NCBI GenBank assembly: GCA_973895155.1
Contig: OZ316893.1
Span: 1,550,860 to 1,614,859 of the forward strand
Reading direction: 5' to 3'
DNA length: 64,000 nucleotides
DNA from: Marsupella aquatica
Lineage: Eukaryota; Plantae; Marchantiophyta
This document shows, piece after piece, positions 36,918 to 49,645 of the stretch; within the stretch, counting starts at the first letter, position 1, and the number at the start of each line of letters is the position of its first letter. The notes under the pieces were generated by a model. The model had not been told where the DNA came from and did no database searches. It saw nothing but the letters and a program-made list of their open reading frames with translations. The translations under genes and the position numbers were made by a program.

Positions 36918-39900
36918 AGTCAGGAGTATGCCCTGTGCACATCATCTAGAAGAGCAAATGATGTATGGATTCTTGATTGTGCTTGCTCCTTTCACATTTG
37001 TTACATTCGCGAGTATTTTAATTCTTATTCTGTGTCAAACGGTTCAGTTTTGATGGGAAATGATCACTCCTATCAAGTTGAGGGTATTGGGTCTGTAAAA
37101 ATTCAAATGTTTGATGGCATTGTGCGCATAGTGTCCGGAGTCAGGTTTGTACCTGGCATGCGTAAGAATTTGATTTCACTCGGTGTGTTGGATACAAATG
37201 GTAATCAATGGCGAGTAATGGATGGTGAACTTCAAGTCATATCGGGAGAGACAGTGATTTTGAAGGGGAGCAGACAGAAGAATTTGTATTGTTGCAGGGC
37301 AATACAGTATGTGGAGAGGCCAATGTAACCAAGTCTCACAAGGAAATGACTCAACTGGCCTCATTCACAATTGGGTGTACCTCGCAGGAACCACTTTTAG
37401 GACTCAAAAATATGTTTTTTAAGTGAAAAATGACTTTCGTAACATGGAAAAAGGTTCATCATGATTTTATCTCAAGACATTTAAGTCTAATTTTTTCACA
37501 AGACTATTTTACATGGTGTAACCTACCTCACCATGTAGATACATCAGGTTTTTAACTGTTTTAAGGGATCCTGTTATTGATGGCCCTAAATAAGCCAAAA
37601 TTACTGATGATTTTTGTCCTGTACATAAAGATTTAGTGTGTGTCACTATTTAAGTTTTGAAATATAAGATTATGCTATTAGTATGCATGCTTTGGTAAAA
37701 TTTCATTATCTAAAATGCATTTTTTAGAGTCCTTTTGAGTCCTAAAATGATGTGACCCATTGCGTGACAAGTCCTTTTATCAATCTTTGAAGGACATATA
37801 AGGAAACCTTCAAAGTCTCAAATGCTAGATAGTTTAATGAATGTTACCAACCTATAGGATGTTTATTAAGTGTAGTACATCAAATTTTCTATATCATCTC
37901 ATTACACCCTAAAAATGATATCCTAAAGCATAATAAACTATGGTCATTTTTGAGTGTGACGTTCCTTTTGGGTCCTCCAATTGTGAATGAGGCCAACTGT
38001 GGCATTCACGGCTAGGCCACATGAGTGAGAAGGGTTTGGCTATCTTGCGGAAGAATGGGCTCATTTCTGATTTGCAGTCTTGTAAATTGGAATTCTGTGA
38101 GCATTGTATTTTTGGAAAGCAGCATCGTCGTGCTTTCGGTGTTGAGCGGCTCTTGAGTACATACATAGTAACGTGTGGGGACCATCCCCGACTCCCTCAC
38201 ATTCTGGAAAATTGTACTATGTATCCTTCATTGACGATTACTCAAGATTTGTATGGATTTATTTCATGACGCATAAGTCTGATGTCTTGTCCATTTTTAC
38301 AAAGTGGAAGGCCCAAGTGGAGAATCAGACAGGAAACACGGTTAAGTGTTTGGATACCAGGGTGAAGAGTCTGAGGTCAGACAACGACGAGAAGTACACT
38401 TCAATAGAATTTGAAGAGTATTGTGTAAAACAAGGGATAACTCGTCATCTCACCATAGTTTATACTCCGCAACAGAATGGTGTCGCTAAGAGGCTCAATC
38501 GAACACAATTGGAGCGGTCACTGAGTATCTTGAGCCAATCAGGTTTACCACCAGAATTTTGGGCAGAAGCTGTCAATACTGTAGCTTATTTGGTAAATCT
38601 TTCTCCTTCTAGTGCAATCAATTTCAAAACACCGTTTGAAATGCGTTATAAACGGCAAGGAGACTATCATGGCTTGGTAGTTTTTGGAAGTGATGCATAT
38701 GCTCTCACACCAAAGCAGAATATGACCAAGTTGGATCCTACGTCCAAGAAATGTATTTTTCTTGGGTATCAGAGTGGTGTGAAGGCCTACAGGCTATGGG
38801 ATCCTATTGCCTGTAAGCTTGTTGTCAGTAGGGATATTTCCTTCAATGAATCCAGATTATTGAAGAAGGGGGAGAATACTCAGGTCTCCTGTACAGACAA
38901 AGGAAAATCTCATATCCCGGATCTCATTGAGGGGGAGATTGATCATGAAGTACATGATCGGAGAGAAGGAGGTGCTCCAAGCATGGAGCTGGTTCCTGTG
39001 CCAGAGGAACAAGAGGAGTTTGTTGATGCTGGTGAGCAGCAAGTGGATGTTGCTGAGCTTCAAATTGTACCAGTAGATGCAATTCAACCGGAGTCATCGA
39101 CTAGAAGAACATCTGGTCGCACTGGACGCGCTCCTCCTAGGTATGGACAGTGGGTTGATTCATCTCAACTGCAAGAGGACGATTTTGCAGTTGATGATGA
39201 GGGTGATGCGTTGGTTTTGGAAGAAGGGGAACCTTCTTCATTTCATGAGGCAATGCTTCTAAGGAGAAGCAGGAGTGGACTGCAGCAATGCAAACGGAGA
39301 TGCAGTCACTAAAGGACAACAAAACTTGGGAGCTTGTTAAGCTGCCTAAGGGTCAGCAAGTGGTGGACAGCAAGTGGATTTACAAGCTGAAGGATAATTC
39401 CGCAGGAGGTGGATCGAAGGTCTACAAGGCTAGGTTGGTAGCAAAGGGATTCACACAAGAGAAAGGTGTGGATTACAATGAGGTCTTCTCACCAGTTGCT
39501 AAGTACTCTACAATACGGCTATTGTGTGTGCTTGTTGTAATGTTTAGTCTACTGCTAGATCAGATGGATGTTGTCACAACTTTCCTCTATGGCACCTTGG
39601 AAGAGGTGATCTTCATGAGACAGCCGCTAGGTTTTGTGAAGAGATGACAGGAGGAATTAGTTTGCAGATTGCTAAAATCCTTGTATGGATTGAAGCAATC
39701 ACCAAGACAATGGAACAAGTGGTTTGACGATTGGATTTGGTCACAAGGTTTTCACAGGAGTGTGTTTGACCCTTGTGTATATTTGAAACCGGTGAAGAAT
39801 GTTGTCTTTGGGTTCATTGTTTTAGTACTTTATGTGGATGACATGCTTATTGCGGCCAAGGATAGGTGTGAGATTGTTAAGCTTAAGGCACTGCTAAGTG

Positions 39901-40805
39901 CAGAGTTTAAGATGAAGGACCTAGGGCCAGCTAAGAGGATTTTGGGTATGGAGATCACTAGGGACTTGGAGGCTGGTAAGCTATGGTTGACACAAAGCAG
40001 TTATGCGAGGAAGGTAATTGCTAGGTTCAACATGGGGGATAGTAAGCCAGTAAGTACCCCTTTGGCTGCACACTTCAAATTGTCATCGGCTTTTTGTCCT
40101 ACAGATGCGACAGAGAAGGGGCAGATGTCAAAGGTTCCTTATGATAAGGCAGTGGAAAGTCTCATGTATTTAATGACTTGCACTAGACCTGATCTTGCCA
40201 TGGCTATGGGTAAGGTGAGCAGGTACATGTCAAATCCAGGGAAGGTACACTGGGAAGTAGTGAAGTGGATTATCAGGTACTTGAAGGGTACCGTGGATCA
40301 TGGTCTTTTATTTGATGCAAATGCAAAGAATGCAAGATGCTATGTAGATTCTGACTATGGACAATATCTGGACCGAAGGAGATCAACAACAGGGTACGTG
40401 TTCACACTTGGCGATGGATGCATAAGTTGGAGGTCTATTTTGCAGAAGTGTATTGCTCAGTCTACTACAGAAGCGGAGTATGTTGCAACAGCGGAAGCAG
40501 TGAAGGAAACAATTTGGTTGGATAGACTTATCACTGAAATGGGATTGCCACAAGGGAATGTGAAGCTCCATTGTGATAGTCAAAGTGTGCTCCACCTTGC
40601 TGTGAACCAGGTGATGGACAGTAGAGTGAAGCACATAGACGTCAGGTACCATTTTATCAGGCAGGCTGTGTCTGATAATTTGTTTGAACTAGTCAAGATA
40701 AACGGTAAACTCAACCCAGCTGACGCATTTACCAAAGTGATTCATTCGGAAAGTTTCTCTAGACATCGTGATGTGCTGCAGGTTTTGCAATTGCGTCACA
40801 AGTAA
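36918..40805 (+). pseudogene. pol: Copia pol (protease, GAG-pre-integrase, integrase, RT, RNase H), disrupted
   Basis: WILDCACSFH, LWHSRLGHMS, FIDDYSR..LRSDN..TPQQNGVA, YKARLVAKGFTQ, LYVDDML, and STTEAEY..CDSQS..KHID. Several frameshifts and stops plus a MITE insertion. Confidence 0.93.
37357..37994. mobile_element. 638-bp MITE / non-autonomous TIR element in copia pol
   Basis: 18-bp TIR GGCCTCATTCACAATTGG / CCAATTGTGAATGAGGCC, 4-bp TSD AACT, AT-rich interior. Removing it restores MTQLWHSRLGH. Confidence 0.92.
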
Positions 40806-42230
40806 GGGTTTTTCTTAACATTCGTTGTAATTACTGATATATGTTCTTCTTCACTCCTAGTAATAGGCTACGGCTTAGTTCTGGTTTGCTCTAGTTAGAG
40901 AGGGGAAACCATGTTGGTTTTCGTCCAGAACTTCCCGCTGAGGAATCATATAGGTTAGCAGTATTACCCTCCCCTAGACCAGAGTCAAGGGGGAGATTGT
41001 TAGGTATTTACTCAAGGTCTAGGGTTACAGCATGTAACCGTAATTAGACTAACCGTAGTCGGAGACGTGGTTAGGTTAACTAGGATGCACACTATATGCC
41101 AAGCAGTGTTTGCTTGGATAAGTGGAACTTAGGCTCATTGTTACGGAGTCACTTGAGAGATGAGGAGAGCTTACACTGTGGAGACTTGGTTTAGCCGACG
41201 GGCTTAGAGTTCAGTAAAGCTCTCTTGTGTGTTCCCGTGAACGTAGCCTCGAGGAGGTGAACCACGTATCTCTTGTGTCAACTACTTGCGCGTTGGATGT
41301 GTCATGTGCTTATCGTTACGAGTGTCGTCTATGTTCAACAAGTATAGCCCCATCACAACATATTACATAGAACATGGATGTGCATACAAAAAACCTGTGC
41401 ACATGAAGGAGAATGATATATTATATATGACTATTAAAATGATGAGTTTTTTTTATCATTTCATTAATGTTCAAAGAATATGAATCGAAAATATATTTTG
41501 ATAATTCTTTTATTGTCCTCTTCCCTATTCATGTTCAAAGAACGGGTAGTCGGGGCTAGTTGGAAGTTCATTTCAAATTCCTGGGATGCATGTGGAGTTA
41601 CATCACACTATTGGTCACAAACAAGAACTGTGTTAAACAAAAAGCACCAAACAAGACTATGTGTATTTAAAACTAGTCAAAGAAAAAAAGTTTGACCTTG
41701 TAATTGTAAAAACAATTAAAATTGTAAAAATAACATTTCAAATAAACAAAGAAAAGGGTGAAAAGTGGGTGACAAAAAATAACCTTTGGATGGGTTGTGA
41801 TTGATATATCAATGTTTTCTAGTAGATTATAAATTTTATATTTAAGTAACAAAAAAAACTCTTCAACTACTATAACATTTACCAAGATAAGGTAAGAAAC
41901 TTTTCAGTTACTATGGAAAAAGGAACACCAAGGGGAGAACATAAGAAATCATTTGACTACTATGGATAAAGAATACCAAAGGAATGTAATGAATAAACAC
42001 TTTGGCTTAATATATAACATTTTGCATGGACTCTATGGTCATAGGAGTACCAAGGGAAGGTTGTGCATGCACTTATTCCATTAATAATCTACTAGTTTTT
42101 GTCTCTTATCTCCATATTAAAACCTATTCCAATATGTGACTCTTCATGTGTTCTAATTTAGTTGTTGAATACCATCAAACTTACAAAAACAAGAGTCCTC
42201 GAACTAATTGGGCTCCTTTGCTTTGGGACC

Positions 42231-42234
42231 CTAT

Positions 42235-42308
<74 letters not shown>
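42231..42308. repeat. (ATTT)n microsatellite
   Basis: Direct reading of the sequence. Confidence 0.95.
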
Positions 42309-42311
<3 letters not shown>

Positions 42312-42989
42312 AAAGGTATATGCCAACTGCTGCTGCAGTACCTGAAGCTAAAATCAATAAATCTAAGTTGAGGGAAAACATGTGCCCTTGTATAAAGGTG
42401 CATGTCTAACCACAAGACGGTTTGCACATGCACTTATATTTATAAGTCCTGCCCACTATGTACTTAGAAAAAGTTCAAAATGGTAAGGATTTGGCTTATA
42501 TAACTTGAAGCCTTGCCGTTACCCAAGGTTTAACTGTTTTTACAATACTGTTTGCAGGTGGTGCTCAACTGCAAGGGCTATGTGACTAATAATGATTGTA
42601 ATTGAATGAACTAGAGCAATGTATTTTCTCTAGTTTCACCCCCAAGATCTAATTCATCCCAAACTGACCTCCCTCTCTCAGTGAGTAGTACTCTTCTTAT
42701 TTTATAATCTTCTCACTTGACTTGTTTTGAATGTTCCTGACATGGACCTGAATTGACTGCTCTTGGGTATCACTCCAACTAGTCTAAGAGCTACTTTTCA
42801 TTACAAAATGATATAACTTTGAATTCTCAAAGACCACCCAATCACTCATTATTAATTGTCGCTGACTAGCTTCCAAAACTTTTCAACAAACAAATTTAAC
42901 TCGGAATTTCCCCTTGATATGAGGCAAAATTTGTTGTCCTTGGAATTGTTCTGATTGATTTGGAAAGGTCTTTCCTACAAGTTTAATGG

Positions 42990-43369
42990 TGTTGAGTATA
43001 AACAACAATCATAACGGGAAGTCCATGAACCATCCAATGCACAAGTGTCGACACAAAGAGATATGTGCTTCACCTCCACAGGAGACTACGTCCACGGGAA
43101 CACACAAGAGCTTTACTGCACTCTAGGTCGACCGGCCATACCAAGCATTTATAGCACAAGTTCTCCCTATCTCTTATTTGACTCAACAACAATGAGCCTG
43201 AGTTCTTACTCTCCAAGCAAACACCACTTCGGTATAGTGTGTAGAGCCTGAGTTCTTACTCTCCAAGCAAACACCACTTCGGTATAGTGTATGTGTAGCA
43301 TGACTAACCTAACCTAGTCTGCGACTAAAATTAATCGTTACTATAGACTTATAAGACTAAATACTAACA
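42990..43369 (-). mobile_element. Solo LTR of a related copia family
   Basis: TG..CA ends, 5-bp TSD AATGG (42985-42989 and 43370-43374), reverse-complement similarity to the 343-bp LTR (GCTCATTGTT, CTTGTGTGTTCCCGTGGACGTAG), and an internal ~50-bp tandem duplication. Confidence 0.85.
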
Positions 43370-44345
43370 AATGGGATTTTTAGTACAAAATGATATGTAC
43401 TGATTTCAAATTTTTTCTGGGTACTAGCTTTACTATTTGTCAACTTAAACCATATCTGAGCTTAGAGTACATTATCCTGTAAACAATGTTAGTGAGATAT
43501 ATGGTAGCTTGTGATGTAAACTCTTATGGATATTAGATTTTCGGTTGACAAGCAAGTATATGTGAGTCTGATGGGAGGGCTTTATGTAATGTATATGGTA
43601 GCTTGTGATGTAAACTCTTCTGGATATTAGATTTTCGGTTGACAAGCAAGTATATGTGAGTCTGATGGGAGGGCTTTCTTTAATAGAGCCTCAGTAGTGA
43701 TTTTTGGCACCACGATTGCTCTTCCGTGACCAGTTGTCACATTTTCCATCTATCACACGAATGCTGTCTCATATTTCAAACATTTCTCCGTATATGTGAG
43801 TCTGACGGGAGGGCTTTCTGTAATAGTGCCTCAGTAGTGTTTTTTGGCACCATGATTGCTCTTCCTTGACCAGTTGTCACATTTTCCATCTATTACGAAT
43901 GCTGTCTCATATTTCAAACATTGAAAAGTGTTTTCCCACAGTATAGGCTGTAGTAAGTTACTACCGACTCATATCGATGTTCCCTACAGCAGATGTTCAA
44001 TGTTCTTTAAGAACACACAACTTCACCATTTTGTGCAAAGTACATAAAAAAACATTGAAGTACTAATACACAATCGGTTCAATGTCATCTATATGAAGTA
44101 AAAAATTGTTCACGCGCCACACGACTCAGCATATATATAGATGAACATGTACTTCACTTTCATCATCCAATTCAGCTCTTTGGCTGGCTAAGAGTGTCGA
44201 CTGGTTAATAGTGAATTGACTATTTTTTTCGCCAGCAGCAACTAGCTTTCAAAACAGCTCTCTCGTCAACTAACGGGCAGACTACTTAGATCAATTTTGT
44301 ACAATGTGGACCAAACTACTATTGGTACATTTTGATTGAGAAAAT

Positions 44346-45295
44346 CTATAGTACAATCTGTGACAATTGTCGAAGCGGCAAAAACGCCGAGGCAACACTG
44401 TCTACTGCAAGCTTCTCAGTGAAAGACTGAGGCTGACGGACCATCTCATCTATGATCAAAGCTGCAAATCCGATCATGGCCAGCCGACCATTCCATCGCT
44501 CAGCTCTGGCGTTGAATGGGCCCCAACCGCGTGCATCTGTGGATTCCCCATTGATGATCGGAACCACGGATGCGTAGGCGAAAATCTGCAACGCTACAAT
44601 GAAGAACGGGAGTCCCACCGCGCCTGGAGCAAAGAGCTGCTCCATCACAGTTAATCCAGACGCCTTCTCGGCCAGGAAGGCCCACGCGAATCCCAACATT
44701 GCCTGCATGTTCACAGCCATCACAATTTGAGGAAGACTGATTGAATTCTTCTCCAAAGGAATCGATTGACTGAGTACTACGAGAGAACAGAGTTCAGCTA
44801 TCCTGTGAAAATGTCAAATAGAGGACGCTATGCTCGGGCTGTCCAGGCCTCAACATTTCTAATGTGTCAATCATAGTGTCATATACGTACCAATCGCCCG
44901 TTGATGGTCTCGGGAGCGGCGCCATCGAATGCGAAAATGCTGCCCAGGCTTCTATCGCCAGTCTCGGGCCGCCTCTCGACTTCCGGGCGTGGGTAGAAGG
45001 AGCCGCTGCTGGGCACAGCTCCGAACACGGACTGCTTCTCAGACTGGTCTGTCTCCTGGTGACGGAGAATGTCCTCCTTGGTGATCTGCTTCTTGGTCAC
45101 CTTGTCCACGGCCTCACGCAATCCTGTGGGGCTCGAGCCATTCTCACTGGCTTGGCAGCGGAAGAGTGGCGCTCTCTTTGGCGCGACAGGCAACCTCACA
45201 ACTCCTCCCTTTAGTGCGTGGGCATTGCGGCCCAAAACTGTTGGAGCTGAGATCACTGCCATGGACGACTGCATGACTCCCACTGTTGCTGCCAT
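44346..45295 (-). CDS. ELIP: ELIP copy 4 (exons 44891-45295 and 44346-44702) with a late frameshift extending the C-terminus
   Basis: All three helices intact. A 1-bp loss at ~44432 replaces SPVFH* with PQSFTEKLAVDSVASAFLPLRQLSQIVL*. Confidence 0.85.
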
Positions 45296-46581
45296 GATGC
45301 TTGAATCGGTTGCTAGATCGATTGACAAGTTAAGCGAAGGCTACAGGGACGTATACCAAGTTCCTAGTTTCAATGCAGAGAGGGAACCGAGAAATAGAGC
45401 AAGTTAAAGTAAGGAAAAGTTTTGCACGAGCAGCTGAGCTGAGAGAGAAGAATTCTTGAGTGTATGTTTTCCGCAATGAATGGAAGCACAGATGATGCGA
45501 GACCGGTCTTCCGGGGGGCATTTATAGCAGCCGGTGGTGAATCTCGATCATCGATCAGAAGGTCCATGACATCAGTGGCAAATCATTTGGCAAGGACACC
45601 CGTCACTCAAAGAACATCTCCCAAGGGCTATTAATCTCGACCTTGTAATTTTTCCGGCTATCTCTCGATTTTTGATCGACAAGTCTTCGTCATGGATCTG
45701 AAACTACTCCTTGGATTAATTCTAACCAGGTGCGACAATTACAATAGAAGCCTTCTGCAAAGCATCTGGGGAGACATTCTGTGAGTTCTGTTCCCCATCT
45801 CCTTCTTCGAATAGCTGTCCTTCAATTTCCCAGGTGTCGCAAGAACGAACGAGATACGTTACCAAATGACGGACTAATATAATATAAAATGTTTGTGGCC
45901 GTTGAGGCAACTCCGATGAATCAATTTTCTGGAGAATTCAGGAGAGCAGATTGATGGTTTGGCGCTAAAGTTGCAATGATTTGGCATCATGTTCACTGAT
46001 CAGGTTCGAATCGAATTGAAAGCCACTGCTTAATTGCAGATTGTCCACCACCAGCCAGCTGTGTACGCGCATGAGTTGAGGCGCTTGACCGAAATCGGGC
46101 GTCGACTTGTTGGCAGAATTGTGTGCCATGTGTACAGCACGTAACGGGAGTTTGGAACACACTTGGCACAGTCTTCAGTTCAGTGATTTCGGTGGTGAGA
46201 AACTCGACACCCATGATTGTTGGTCTTGTTCGAACTTTGCTACCGACGAACGAAGGCTCGAATTCTTTCGCTCAGACTACATGAGCTCTGGATAACTGCA
46301 CACACTCCCGGGAAGAAGCCTCTTGTGTATAACTGGAGGGTTTGTACTAAGTGATAAGTACATACACTTGACATTTGCGTTTTTCACGAAAAAAATATTT
46401 TAATGTAATTTTTAATTAAGATGACAGTATTCCAACGATCTCCCCCTTCTGTTTCCTTCTCTTTGTTTCCTTCTCTTGAATGGGCGGCTTTGTCTTCTCC
46501 CCTTTTGGCGTTTTGCCTTTTGGCACTTTGATATATTTTAACAAATAACAAAGGTAGAGATGCCAACAGCTGCCGTAGCAC

Positions 46582-46812
46582 CTGAAGCTAAAATCAATAA
46601 ATCTAAGGTTGAGGGAAAATATGCGCCCTTGTATAAGTGTGCATGAAACAATCTGAAGCTAAAATCAATAAATCTAAGTTGAGGTAAAATCAATAAATCT
46701 AAGTTGAGGGAAAACATTCGCCCTTGTATAAGTGTGCATGAAACAATCTGAAGCTAAAATCAATAAATCTAAGTTGAGGGAAAACATGCCCGGGTATAAG
46801 TGTGCATGAAAC
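46582..46812. repeat. Local tandem expansion of CTGAAGCTAAAATCAATAAATCTAAGTTGAGG units
   Basis: 3-4 copies here, versus one copy in the paralogous region at ~42342. Confidence 0.8.
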
Positions 46813-48672
46813 CACAAGACGGGTTGCACACTTATATTTATTAGTCCTTCCGACTATGCACTTAAAAAAAGTTCAAAATGGTAAGGAAAAGGGAAAAACT
46901 TGAAGCCTTGCAGTTACCCAGGGTTCAGGGTTACTCTAAGCTGCAACTGTTTTTACGATACTGATTGCAGGTGGTGCTCAACTGTAAGGGCTAAGTGACT
47001 AATAATTATTGTAATGGAAGGAACTAGAGCAATGTATTTTTCCTCTAATTTCACGCCAAGATCTAATTCATCCCAAACTGACCTAGCTCGCTGAGTGAGT
47101 AGTACTCTTCTTATTTTATGACCTTCTCCTTGACATGTTTTGAATCTTAGTTCTCCTTGAAATGGAGCTGAATTGACTGCTCTTGGGTAGTTGGAAATGG
47201 CTTAGGAATCTCTCCCACGTACTAGTCTAAGAGCCAATTTTCATTACAAACTTATATAGCTTTGAATTTCAAAAATCACCCAATCACTCATTATAGACTG
47301 TGCTGGCCTAGTCCAAAAGTTTTTGACAAACAAATTTAGACTTTGAATTTCTCCTTGACATGAGGCGAAATTAGCCGTCCATGGAGTTGTTAGGATTGTT
47401 TGTTATGATTAAGAAGTTTATAGGGCTATCTGTAACCCAAACGAGGTGGGAAAAAATGGCACCCAAATAAGACAAACAATTAAAGGCAGCGACAGCCAAC
47501 TGACGAAAAAACCAAGTTAGGGGGGACCCTCAACTTGAAAATATGTAGTTGAAGCCATATTAGTATTGTAGTTCTGAACTTTCGTGGCCGGAAATTGTAA
47601 ATCATCATTTTTGGAATTCTATTTTTTTTCAGATTTGTTACTGGTCTCAATCGTCACTTTCAATCTAGAAAAGGCATCAAATGAGTTTTCAGACTGTAAA
47701 GAGTTTTATCCGATTTCAATTATACTGGAAATAGTAAGTGAGTGCTAAAAGTAAGACTGGTTTCAGGATTGATTTAGTTAAGTAGCCAATCTCACATTTT
47801 CTTCCTTGTGTACAACAATGTCTGTAGGAATCCGAGTGGGCAAGGCTTCAATTTGGTGAAAGAGTTTGGGAAAATGCACTATCAAACCCATAAACACAAT
47901 GTGTATACACTAGTAGTGGAGTGCAATGTGTATGATTCCAATAGTAATGTCCTAGACAATTGTCAAAGATAAGTTTTGTTGAGTGGAAGTGTTGGCAAGA
48001 TAAGTGAGCAGAGAATTGATAAATTGGCCAGCAATTAGATCTTATATAGTGTGCCAGCTCACAGAAGAGTGATGCGTTGGGTAGAGTCATGGATTAGTGT
48101 GGTTTTTAAAACATATTCTGCTATTGGAGAAAATCTCATCAAAATCCAAATGATCAATAAATCTTCCACCAGAATTGTATTTCATAACACAGAGCATGTA
48201 AATTATTCATAACACAGAGATATTCATAACCCTCATAGTCAAAAATTTAATTCACAATCAGAGTAAATGATTAACAGCAAGATTAAAGCACGATTTCATA
48301 GAATATATTTTAGATTGAAGCATGACATTTCAATCAAATAGAATCAAAAACACAAGTTATCATGTGACAGGTATAAAAACAGAAGGGAAGTTTCAAATTT
48401 ACTTCAATTTCGTCGGCCAGTATAGCTGACTACAAATTGCATATACACGGCTTATTCAATGAATGACGAGATTTCGCCAGCAGCTAGAGACGAGCTTTTC
48501 GTAAACAATCTTCTCTCTCATTAACTATCGAGAAGACTGTTTTGATCGATATTGTACAATGCAGATCAGACTGACCACTATTGGTACAGTTTGATTGAGA
48601 ATCTATCGTGCAATCTGTAAAATCTGTACACAAGGGCAAAAGGCTGAGTAGTTTTGTCGACTGCTAAACTCC

Positions 48673-49645
48673 TCAGTGAAAGACTGGGGACTGACGAACC
48701 ATCTCATCTACGATCAAAGCCGCAAATCCAATCATGGCCAAACGACCGTTCCATCGCTCAGCTCTGGCGTTGAATGGGCCCCAGCTGCGTGCATCGGTGG
48801 ATTCCCCATTCATGATGGGAACCACGGATGCGTAGGCGAAGATCTGCACCATTGCAACGAAGAACGGGAGTCCGACCGCGCCGGGAGCGAAGAGCTGCTC
48901 CATCACAGTCAATCCAGACGCCTTCTCAGCCACGAAAGCCCACACGAATCCCAACATTGCCTGCAGGGTCACAGCCATCACATTTGAACACTGATTAGAT
49001 TTCTGTTCGAAAGGATTCAATAACCAATCTGAGTACAGCTCGTTGAGACAGTGGTAGCTCAGTCTGTGTGCGGACGGAACTGTCCTCTAACATTTCTTAT
49101 ATTAATTCGCCTGAAGTGCAGTTTCTAGAATTGCTTCCGTTGCTATCATTGAGCTATTATTACAAGTTCCGTTCCTGAAAATTCAAGATCATACTCACTG
49201 CAGCAACAACAAGCCAACTCTCGTGGTCTTATATACTTACCAATCGCCCGTTGATGGTCTCGGGAGCGGCGCCATCGAATGCGAAAATGCTGCCAAAGCT
49301 CCTGTCGCCGGTCTCGGGCCGCCTCTCGACTTCCGGGCGTGGGTAGAAGGAGCCGCTGCTGGGCACAGCTCCGAACACGGACTGTTTCTCAGACTGGTCT
49401 GTCTCCTGATGACGGAGAATTTCCTCCTTGGTGAGCGGCTTCTTGGTTACCTTGTCCACAGCCTCTCGCAATCCTGTGGGGCTCGGGCCATTCTCACTGG
49501 CTTGGCAGCGGAAGAGTGGCGCTCTCTTTGGCGCGACAGGCAATCTCACGACTGCTCCCCTCAGTGCGTGGGCGCTGCGGCCCAGAACTGCTGGAGCTGA
49601 GACCACTGCAATGGACGACTGCATGACTCCCACAGTTGATGCCAT
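48673..49645 (-). CDS. ELIP: ELIP copy 5, intact, 230 aa (exons 49241-49645 and 48673-48960); most divergent flanks
   Basis: Complete transit peptide plus three-helix LHC motifs, phase-0 GT..AG intron, TGA stop, TATA box retained. Confidence 0.94.

Larger units (their letters stand above)
18066..41340 (+). mobile_element. Ty1/copia LTR retrotransposon (degenerate) with nested insertions
   Basis: 343-bp TG..CA LTRs (5' LTR split into 18066-18215 and 32389-32581; 3' LTR 40998-41340), 5-bp TSD AGTAT (18061-18065 and 41341-41345), tRNA-iMet-like PBS TGGTATTAGAGC at 32584-32595, PPT AAGGGGGAGAT at 40987-40997, gene order gag-PR-IN-RT-RH. Confidence 0.96.
17880..41559 (+). mobile_element. Helitron-like non-autonomous element split by the copia insertion (arms ~17880-18065 and 41341-41559)
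   Basis: Both arms align to the 4157-4456 element: 5' TCTTACTAATAAAG, TCTAGAGTGAAGCCTCTA, and 3' TATTCATGTTCAAAG..CGGG..GGGCTAG|T. The base before the 5' TC is C rather than A, so the left boundary is less certain. Confidence 0.6.
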
